The notes under the pieces were generated by a model. The model was not told the origin of the DNA, ran no database searches, and saw nothing but the letters and a program-made list of their open reading frames with translations. From Nitratidesulfovibrio vulgaris str. Hildenborough (GTDB lineage Bacteria; Desulfobacterota; Desulfovibrionia; Desulfovibrionales; Desulfovibrionaceae), in NCBI RefSeq assembly GCF_000195755.1, contig NC_002937.3, positions 2,880,001 through 2,912,000 on the forward strand: a stretch of 32,000 nt of DNA. The letters run 5' to 3'. Each line of letters begins with the position of its first letter. Positions within the stretch are counted from its first letter, which is position 1. The translations under genes and the position numbers were made by a program. Positions 25,635-32,000 of this stretch are shown piece after piece.

Positions 25635-25845
25635 GGATTTCCTGCGCCTGCGGATGGGTGGAGGACGCTCCGCAGACGCGGAAGCACGTCCCGTGAGACA
25701 GGCACACGCTGGCGGGGCCACTCCGCTGCGTGACCTCTATCTGCGGGCGATGCAGGCCGGGGTCGATCCGGCGACCATGACCCCGGAGGAACTGGCAGGA
25801 AGATTCGGTTCAGAGGCAACGTCTAACGACGCGCACGGCGGATAG
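25624..25845 (+). CDS. Candidate small protein (73 aa) with N-terminal twin-arginine-like motif but no hydrophobic core
   Basis: ATG 25624 overlaps the GntR stop by 11 nt. The protein starts MTRRDFLRLRMGGGRSADAEARPV.... There is no clear RBS and some rare codons (AGG, AGA). It could be non-coding. Confidence 0.35.
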   Translation: MTRRDFLRLRMGGGRSADAEARPVRQAHAGGATPLRDLYLRAMQAGVDPATMTPEELAGRFGSEATSNDAHGG

Positions 25846-25913
25846 AGAAGCGCCGGGGCGACCGCCAAGTCAGGCCCCGACGCAGATGGCCGTCGTCCGC
25901 AGGGGAGTACCCG

Positions 25914-27323
25914 ATGGACATGGACAGCAACGGTACACTTTATCTTGAGAGCCGCAAGCTGGTCAAACGGTGGAGCGGCCCATGGCCCGCACTGATCAAT
26001 ACATTGATCATGGCGGTGTTCTTCTACATCACGTGGTGGATTTTCCAGGACCCGCGCGGCGTGTTCCGCATGTACACGCCCTATGTGGGCTACATGGTCT
26101 GCCGCTGGATGCTCATCCTCTTCATCTGGGTGGCGTACATCTTCGACTTCTGGCCGTTCAAGCGGTCATGGCTCGAGCGCACCCACCCGCTGGTCAAGGG
26201 GCTCGTGCTCACACTGGTGAGCGTGGCGGCGATGGTCATCGTCATCAAGGGCTTCTTCATCGAACTGCTCGGCAACTACGGCATCGCCTACTTCAACCCT
26301 GAACGGTTGCAGGCCATGGGCATCACGCACTTCTATGCGCTGGAATACGCCACTGAAGCCATCATGATGTTCGCCGCCATCGCCTCGTGGCTGTCGCCCA
26401 GCTGGGTGGTCGCCTGCGAAGGCGCACCGTGGAACAAGCTGAAGCAGCCTGCCAAGGGCCTCACCATCATGGTGGTGACGTTCTTCCTCAGCATGATCGT
26501 CTACTTCGTGACCATGCACTCGCACATGGCCATCCTGTTCTACCCGTGGCAGCAGTACACGGCCATCACCCCGCCCTACTGGGAAGCCTTCGCCAACACC
26601 GTGTCGGGCAACTTCCACATCGCGTGGATCATGTGCTGCACCGTCGTCGTGTGGCAGTTCGAGACCATCTGGGAACGCTACCCCTTCAACCTGATCAAGA
26701 CCGACTGGCTGCGCCGCACCGCGTCGTTCTTCGGCATCATCCTCATCGCGCTGGCGCTGTGCTTCTTCCTCTACTACGCACAGGACCTCGTGTGGGGTGA
26801 GACCATCCGCGGCACGCGTCGTCTTGCCGCGCCCGACTGGCGCTGGCTGCACGTGGGCGAGATGGCCATCTTCTGGCTGGTTCCCACGCTGTTCCTCAAC
26901 TTCTACTGCAACAACTGGCCCAACAACTTCAGCCGTCCCGTGCGCGTATGCCTGCGCACCTTCCTGACGGCGGCACTCGCCGTGCTGGTGTACGTGGTCT
27001 ACTACAAGACCGCCCACCTCTTCCTCGGCACCCAGAAGGGCTTCTCGCACCCGCAGCAGTTCCCCATGATCCCGATGATCTGGCTGATCAACATCTTCCT
27101 GATCAACGTGTGGTTCATGGACGGCTGGCCGGGCTGGAAGGCCGTGCCCCGCACCGCCGAAGAGATGCGCGAAGTCGAAGAGGAGAAGGTGGCGAGCGAC
27201 GTGAAGTGGACACCCGCCCTCGCACGCGGCCTCGCCGTGGGTGTGGCCTGCGGTGCGGGTCTCTACGCCATCGTCATCGCCATCCTGCCATGGGTCGGCA
27301 AGACCGTTGAAATCATCAAGTAA
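25914..27323 (+). CDS. Trp/aromatic-rich polytopic membrane protein (about 11 TM), family not recognised
   Basis: 469 aa. GGGGAG RBS lies upstream of the ATG. I see about 11 hydrophobic helices by eye and count roughly 28 Trp residues (motifs such as ITWWIF, FDFWPF, WPGW). An acidic linker (TAEEMREVEEEK) precedes the last helix. Confidence 0.8.
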   Translation: MDMDSNGTLYLESRKLVKRWSGPWPALINTLIMAVFFYITWWIFQDPRGVFRMYTPYVGYMVCRWMLILFIWVAYIFDFWPFKRSWLERTHPLVKGLVLTLVSVAAMVIVIKGFFIELLGNYGIAYFNPERLQAMGITHFYALEYATEAIMMFAAIASWLSPSWVVACEGAPWNKLKQPAKGLTIMVVTFFLSMIVYFVTMHSHMAILFYPWQQYTAITPPYWEAFANTVSGNFHIAWIMCCTVVVWQFETIWERYPFNLIKTDWLRRTASFFGIILIALALCFFLYYAQDLVWGETIRGTRRLAAPDWRWLHVGEMAIFWLVPTLFLNFYCNNWPNNFSRPVRVCLRTFLTAALAVLVYVVYYKTAHLFLGTQKGFSHPQQFPMIPMIWLINIFLINVWFMDGWPGWKAVPRTAEEMREVEEEKVASDVKWTPALARGLAVGVACGAGLYAIVIAILPWVGKTVEIIK

Positions 27324-27339
27324 GGCCCGGGAGAACGAC

Positions 27340-28497
27340 ATGAACGACAACAAGATAAGCCGTCGCGACTTCGTCAAGGGCGTCGCCACGGGCGTATGCG
27401 CCGGTGCCTTCGCCTCGATGGGCCTGTACTCGTACACCCAGTCGGCCTACGACAGGCTGCCCAAGGTCCAGCGCAAGTTCGAGGACTTCGGGGCCTGCCG
27501 CAGCGTCAAGGTCATCAACATCTCCGAGACCAGCTGGTTCAACAACGCGCACCTCATCGGCGACATCCACGACGCCGGGGGCCTGCTGGTGAACCAGTAC
27601 ACCCTCAACTGGGCCCCCTTCGCCAACGGGCAGGGCAAGGCCAAGGGTTCATACGATTCGGGCCTTGCCAGCATCAAGGACCTCATCCCCAACGACCTTG
27701 AAAAGGCGTGGGAGATCCAGAAGAAGCTGGCCCTGCACCCCGAGAACCCCGGCGGCTTCTCCTGCCTCATCGAGGTGGAGGAACTGGACGGCACCAAGCA
27801 CAAGTACCTGCTGGACACCGGCTGGTCGTACGACTGGATGGAGAAGAGCTTCAAGCGCGAGGGCATCGACAAGATGCTCCAAGCCCGTGAGATCGAAGCC
27901 CTGTTCATCTCGCACGAACACTGGGACCACTTCTGGGGACTGCCCGTCACCATGAAGTACGACAACCGCATCCCCCTGTACGTGCACGACGGCTTCTACA
28001 AGGAAGGACTCCAGTACATCAAGGACAGCGGCTACAAGGGTACCCCGGTCATCCAGAAGGAACCCATGCGGCAGATCATTCCCGGCATGGCGGTGCTCAA
28101 GTTCGACGTGCCCATCATCAACCGCGTGTTCGGCGAGACCTCGCTGGCGTTCAACGTCAAGGACAAGGGTCTCGTGCTCATCTCCGGGTGCTGCCATCAG
28201 GGCATCCTGCAGATGGCCGACTTCGCCTACACCGACCTGAAGTACGACAACGACAGGTTCTACGGCATCTATGGCGGTCTGCACATCTCGCCCTTCGAGG
28301 ACTGGGACCCCAAGTACGACGACCTCGTCATCTCGCTTGCCAAGTGGAACTTCGAACGCATCGGCTGCAACCACTGCACCGGGCACCTCACCGCGAAGAA
28401 GTTCATCGAACGCGGCTACCCCGTGGTGCGCGGTACGGCACGGTTCAGGTCGTCGTCCCCCGACTACCTCGGCAACGGCGACACCATCACCTTCTAA
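27340..28497 (+). CDS. Tat-exported metallo-beta-lactamase-fold protein (COG1237-like subfamily, tentative)
   Basis: ATG 27340 follows GGGAGA. Tat signal: MNDNKISRRDFVKGVATGVCAGAFASMG. The MBL motif HxHxDH is present as ISHEHWDHFWGL. Further blocks ISGCCHQGI, GGLHISP and GCNHCTG resemble the COG1237 type. Confidence 0.85.
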   Translation: MNDNKISRRDFVKGVATGVCAGAFASMGLYSYTQSAYDRLPKVQRKFEDFGACRSVKVINISETSWFNNAHLIGDIHDAGGLLVNQYTLNWAPFANGQGKAKGSYDSGLASIKDLIPNDLEKAWEIQKKLALHPENPGGFSCLIEVEELDGTKHKYLLDTGWSYDWMEKSFKREGIDKMLQAREIEALFISHEHWDHFWGLPVTMKYDNRIPLYVHDGFYKEGLQYIKDSGYKGTPVIQKEPMRQIIPGMAVLKFDVPIINRVFGETSLAFNVKDKGLVLISGCCHQGILQMADFAYTDLKYDNDRFYGIYGGLHISPFEDWDPKYDDLVISLAKWNFERIGCNHCTGHLTAKKFIERGYPVVRGTARFRSSSPDYLGNGDTITF

Positions 28498-28504
28498 CGC
28501 ATGA

Positions 28505-28528
28505 GGGGCGGGGCTTCGGCCCCGCCCC
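28505..28528 (+). other. Very GC-rich intra-operon stem-loop (10-bp stem, TTCG tetraloop)
   Basis: ggggcggggc-ttcg-gccccgcccc lies in the 46-nt gap between the MBL stop (28497) and the COG0523 start (28544). No T-tract follows. Confidence 0.6.
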
Positions 28529-28543
28529 CTTCCGGAACGCCGC

Positions 28544-30490
28544 ATGAACACCGACTTCTTTCTCCCCCCCGGTGCCGACGGAGTCTCCCCCGCACACCTT
28601 GCCCGTCTTGCCGCCAACGCCCTGTCCGCCGCCTGCCGCGACGCCCGTTTCAAGAAGCTCACCGGCTGGCGCGGGCTTGCCCATTGTCAGGGCGGTACAG
28701 GGGCCTTCACCTGCCGCATCGCACCCCATCAGGGCGTGTTCGGCATCGACTGTGAAGGGGTTGAAAGCAGGACAGGGGCCGTGCTGCTGCGTTGCGGCAT
28801 CCACTATTTCCCCGACCCCGATGAGGCGCTGTGCGACACCCTGCGCCTCGACGCCGCCGTCGCCACCCAGCATGCCGACTATGCCACCGCCATCCGGTCG
28901 TTCGTCACCCTTCCGGCCCTGCGCGGGCCATTCCGCATGGGACGGCTGGACGTGGCCGCCGCGCCAGACGGTACTTGGCTTCTGCTGCGCACACAGGCCG
29001 AAGAACGCAGACGCGTCATCGCCGACGAGGGCATCGGGTCGCCGCAGACAGGCTGGGCCGTGCGCCCCGGCGAGACCGAAGAGGACATGCCAGCCCTCTC
29101 TCTCGCACGCCATGTGACGGATGTGGTGGCAGCTGCCGTCACCGCCTGCACGGGCACGCCCCCGCGCTTCTTCCGCCGGGCGACCCTGCCCGCCTTCATC
29201 TCGCACCGCGACGCAGAGGGTGCCCTGTACCCCGTCACCACCGACGATGCCAGCACCGTGGCGGATACGCTGGCATGGGGCGACATCAACGCCATCCCGT
29301 CTGATACTCTCGCCGGAGAGGGCCAACCCTGCCTTGAGGTGCGCGCCGCCGACGCGCCCGACGCACCCCTGCCCGAAGACCGCAGGAACGCACCCGTATG
29401 GTTCGCGCACGACCTTGAAGCACCGCGCTGCACGGCCCTCTTCCCCCGTCTGGCCGACAGACGCCCCGCCCTCGTTGTGGTGGGCGGCTTTCTGGGTTCG
29501 GGCAAGACCACCTTCCTGAACAACTGCATCGAATACCACCGCGCCCGCGAACGTTTCGTCGCAGTCATCCAGAACGAGGTGGGGGCAACAGGCGTCGACG
29601 CCCGTCTCATGGGCGACGGGGCCGAGGTGCTGGCCCTCGACGAGGGATGCGTCTGCTGCTCACTGGCGGGCAGCCTTGCGGGTGGCATTCGCGCCATCAC
29701 CGCCGACTTCACACCCGAGGTCATCCTGCTTGAGACCACCGGCCTCGCCAACCCGCTGAACCTGCTGGCTGAACTCGACACCCTGCGTGACATGGTGCGC
29801 CTCGATGCCGTGGTCACCGTGGTGGACGCCGCCAACATCGTGCCCACCCTGCGCGACAGCGACATCGCCCGCGACCAGATTCGCGGGGCCGACATCATCG
29901 TCTGCAACAAATGCGACACCGTCGATGAGACAGGACGCGCCGCCCTGCGCGCCACCCTCACGGGGCTGAATGGCAGGGCCGCCCTGCACGAGACCAGCTT
30001 CGGCCGCATCCATCCCTCGCTGTTCATGGCGCTGGAAGGCGAACGTCCGCCGCGCGGTCTCATGCCCGCCCCGCACGGTACGCACGCCACACACGCCGAC
30101 GAGGGCTTCGCCGCCGTGCGGCTGTTCTTCTCCGGTACCATTGACGAGGCGGCACTCGCGCCCCTGCTGCAGCAGTGCCCCGGTGCGCCCTTCCGCATCA
30201 AGGGCATCGTCCGCGTCACGGATGACGAGGCCCCGCGCCTCGTCCAGTGCGTGGGGGCACGATGCGAGGTCGAACGACTTGATGGCGGCTTCGAGGGCAC
30301 GCCCTTCCTCGTCTTCATCGGACGCAACCCGGACGAGACCGCCTTGCTGGAACACTGGGCCGCACTGGGTGCCACTGCCGAACCCCCTGCACCGCAAGCA
30401 GAGGCAGACACGCAGCCCGCACAGGCCACGAAGTCGGCATCGGGCGGACAGTCGTCCGACGCCACAAGAGGATGCCATGACCATCATTGA
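28544..30490 (+). CDS. COG0523/CobW-family G3E GTPase (metallochaperone type) with ~305-aa N-terminal extension
   Basis: 648 aa. The GTPase core starts near aa 308. It has Walker A GGFLGSGKTTF, the metal motif GCVCCS, Walker B LLETTGLANP and NKCD. A CobW_C-like segment follows (FRIKGIVRV.......LVFIG). The C-terminal tail is ...GCHDHH. Confidence 0.85.
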   Translation: MNTDFFLPPGADGVSPAHLARLAANALSAACRDARFKKLTGWRGLAHCQGGTGAFTCRIAPHQGVFGIDCEGVESRTGAVLLRCGIHYFPDPDEALCDTLRLDAAVATQHADYATAIRSFVTLPALRGPFRMGRLDVAAAPDGTWLLLRTQAEERRRVIADEGIGSPQTGWAVRPGETEEDMPALSLARHVTDVVAAAVTACTGTPPRFFRRATLPAFISHRDAEGALYPVTTDDASTVADTLAWGDINAIPSDTLAGEGQPCLEVRAADAPDAPLPEDRRNAPVWFAHDLEAPRCTALFPRLADRRPALVVVGGFLGSGKTTFLNNCIEYHRARERFVAVIQNEVGATGVDARLMGDGAEVLALDEGCVCCSLAGSLAGGIRAITADFTPEVILLETTGLANPLNLLAELDTLRDMVRLDAVVTVVDAANIVPTLRDSDIARDQIRGADIIVCNKCDTVDETGRAALRATLTGLNGRAALHETSFGRIHPSLFMALEGERPPRGLMPAPHGTHATHADEGFAAVRLFFSGTIDEAALAPLLQQCPGAPFRIKGIVRVTDDEAPRLVQCVGARCEVERLDGGFEGTPFLVFIGRNPDETALLEHWAALGATAEPPAPQAEADTQPAQATKSASGGQSSDATRGCHDHH

Positions 30491-31226
30491 ACAGGGCGGG
30501 CCACTCATGTGGCCCCTGCTGGGGCTTTCCATCCTCGCCTGCGCGGTCATGCTCGACCGTGGCATCGCCCTCTCCACCTTCGGCTTCCCGGCCAAGGGAT
30601 TCCTCTCGGCACTCACCGAAGCCGTGCGGCGCAGCGACGCCACGGCCTTGCGCGCCCTGTGCGCCGACCTGCCCGAAGCGCTGCGCCCCTTGCTGGACGT
30701 GCTGTTCCCCACTACGCCACGCCCCGACAGGGAACGTGCCGTCCGCATCATGGGCGAGGCGGTCCTGCATGAACTGACGCGCCGTGTGGGGGTGCTCGGC
30801 CTCGTGGTGCGGGCCGCGCCCCTGCTGGGGCTGCTGGGCACGGTGCTTGGCATGATATCGACCTTCTCGACGGTCGCCGCCTCCGGCGGGGGCATCGACA
30901 TGGCGGGACTCGCTGCCGGGATATGGCAGGCGCTCATCACCACTGCCGCCGGACTCGGCATTGCCATTCCCGCGCTGGCGGCGCAACACTGGTGCAACCA
31001 GCGCATCGACGCCGTAGCCGAGGCCCTCGAACAACTGGCCGATGCCGTCGAAGCCCTCGAACGTACCCCTGCCGGTCTTGCCGACGCAGCATCCCCCGAG
31101 GCGCGTGTCCTGCCCCTTGAACGTATGAAGGCGGCCCAGCCCGCCCCGCGTAACGGCACCAGCCCCGGTGCCGCACCAGCCCCCACCCTACCCGCCGCCG
31201 GGCAGTCCCATGCGCCACGCGACTAG
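30477..31226 (+). CDS. exbB: MotA/TolQ/ExbB-family proton-channel protein
   Basis: ATG 30477 overlaps the COG0523 stop by 14 nt. The sequence includes MTIIEQGGPLMWPLLGLSILACAVMLDR... and the family core ..APLLGLLGTVLGMISTF...AAGIWQALITTAAGLGIAIPAL... Confidence 0.82.
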   Translation: MTIIEQGGPLMWPLLGLSILACAVMLDRGIALSTFGFPAKGFLSALTEAVRRSDATALRALCADLPEALRPLLDVLFPTTPRPDRERAVRIMGEAVLHELTRRVGVLGLVVRAAPLLGLLGTVLGMISTFSTVAASGGGIDMAGLAAGIWQALITTAAGLGIAIPALAAQHWCNQRIDAVAEALEQLADAVEALERTPAGLADAASPEARVLPLERMKAAQPAPRNGTSPGAAPAPTLPAAGQSHAPRD

Positions 31227-31656
31227 ACGCGCCTTCTCGCGCCGCATGGCCGAAGAACCCGACATCACCCCCCTGCTGGACGTGGTGTTCATCCTGCTGC
31301 TGTTCTTCGTGCTTGCGGCCACGTTCACCGTGCGCGGCATGGACCTCGACCTGCCGCCCGCGCAATCGGGCAAGGCCGTTTCCGGCAAGGTCAAGGAATT
31401 GCGCCTCGACAACCGGGGCACGCTCACCTGTGACGGCGTGGTGCTTGGCGAGGAAGGGCTGGTCGCCCTTGTCCGCAGCAACGCCGACCATGGCAGGGGC
31501 ACGGGTGCGCGCCTCGTCCTCAAGGCATCGGGAGAGGCACCGGTCGCCGCGCTGTTGCGGGTCGTCGATACGGTACGGGCCAATGGCGGGCAGCAACTCG
31601 TCATCGCAACGTCCCCCGCGGTAGCGGGCGGCAGTGACAGCCCCGACACACCATGA
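31210..31656 (+). CDS. exbD: ExbD/TolR-family protein
   Basis: ATG 31210 overlaps the exbB stop by 17 nt. It has a single TM with the conserved Asp (DITPLLDVVFILLLFFVL) followed by a periplasmic domain. Confidence 0.8.
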   Translation: MRHATRRAFSRRMAEEPDITPLLDVVFILLLFFVLAATFTVRGMDLDLPPAQSGKAVSGKVKELRLDNRGTLTCDGVVLGEEGLVALVRSNADHGRGTGARLVLKASGEAPVAALLRVVDTVRANGGQQLVIATSPAVAGGSDSPDTP

Positions 31657-32000
31657 CCCCCGCCGAACGTTTCGCCGCCTGCCTTGCCGTGTCGGGCTTC
31701 GTGCATTTCGTGGCTACGGGGCTGCACGCCACCGCCGACCCTGCAACCTTCGAACGGGCGGTCTCCATCGTCTGCGACCTCGCACCACCGGAAGCCGTCG
31801 TCAGATTCGGAGACGCCACCTTCACCGGAGAGGCGGACGCGACCGACGGCAAGGCCACCGAGGATGAAGCGCGCAAGGCCATGCGCCGCTACCTGCATGA
31901 CGTGAGCGACGCCATCCACGCCCGTCGCCTGACCACCCCCGGCACCTCAGGCTGTCTCGGCACGGCATGGGTGAGTTTTGCCATCCTCCCCGACGGCAGG
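31653..32000 (+). CDS. tonB: TonB-like energy-transducer (partial; continues past window end)
   Basis: Own translation; the ORF is open at the window edge and so absent from the track. ATG 31653 overlaps the exbD stop (ATGA). The sequence is MTPAERFAACLAVSGFVHFVATGL..., a TM helix with an S-x3-H motif. Later ...RRYLHDVSDAIHARRL......GTAWVSFAILPDGR resembles the start of a TonB C-terminal domain. Confidence 0.6.
   Translation, partial: MTPAERFAACLAVSGFVHFVATGLHATADPATFERAVSIVCDLAPPEAVVRFGDATFTGEADATDGKATEDEARKAMRRYLHDVSDAIHARRLTTPGTSGCLGTAWVSFAILPDGR

Noticed and set aside
26166-28662. Minus-strand ORFs 26166-27437 (423 aa) and 27649-28662 (337 aa)
   Set aside because: They are antisense to the Trp-rich membrane protein and the Tat-MBL gene. 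They have a charged low-complexity composition, no RBS and no motifs.
28879-31186. Two long minus-strand ORFs (28879-30465, 528 aa; 29660-31186, 508 aa)
   Set aside because: They are antisense to the COG0523 and ExbB genes, which carry unambiguous Walker A/CxCC and MotA/ExbB motifs. Their translations are Ser/Arg/Ala/Pro-rich with no recognisable domains.
31188-31919. 243-aa minus-strand ORF at the window end
   Set aside because: It is antisense to ExbD and to the open-ended TonB-like frame. Those plus-strand frames show family motifs (PLLDVVFILLLFF; S-x3-H TM helix) and ATGA coupling.
1-32000. Search by eye for mobile elements, prophage, toxin-antitoxin or defence-island signatures, and for rRNA/tRNA
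   Set aside because: I recognised no transposase, integrase, recombinase, nuclease-helicase or cas-like products. I saw no terminal inverted repeats flanking a gene block and no cloverleaf-like tRNA sequences. The low-GC patches coincide with promoter and intergenic regions only.

Overview
GC-rich, gene-dense chromosomal window. It looks like a Desulfovibrio-type sulfate reducer. That is an inference from a canonical 105-aa DsrC (Cys93/Cys104) and a decaheme-cytochrome/Rnf/ApbE operon. I support about 32 protein genes. I found no rRNA or tRNA, no CRISPR array, and no transposase, integrase, phage or defence genes. Many long ORFs in the track are antisense shadows typical of high-GC DNA, and several track ORFs needed their starts trimmed.

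Gene order:
- larC-like (partial, minus strand)
- YitT-family membrane protein
- CBS/ACT protein
- about 1.07 kb of non-coding DNA
- dsrC with a textbook terminator
- small hypothetical protein
- orphan ABC-type binding lipoprotein
- second YitT paralog
- 27-bp perfect direct repeat
- secreted hypothetical protein
- minus-strand operon: GntR(FadR) / FMN-dependent 2-hydroxyacid dehydrogenase / TauE-SafE permease
- ArsR / DUF3124 pair
- satP-like acetate channel
- dhcA-rnfCDGEAB-apbE
- P1B-ATPase / MarR
- PAS sensor with no output domain
- a co-oriented, partly overlapping cluster running off the window end: GntR, small twin-arginine-motif ORF, Trp-rich ~11-TM membrane protein, Tat-exported metallo-beta-lactamase-fold protein, COG0523 GTPase with a ~305-aa N-terminal extension, ExbB, ExbD, TonB-like

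This last cluster (24.9-32 kb) is my best candidate for an undescribed system. The second most interesting point is that RnfC appears to lack the canonical glycine-rich NADH/FMN loop and sits next to a decaheme cytochrome. All functional assignments come from motif recognition by eye. No searches were run.
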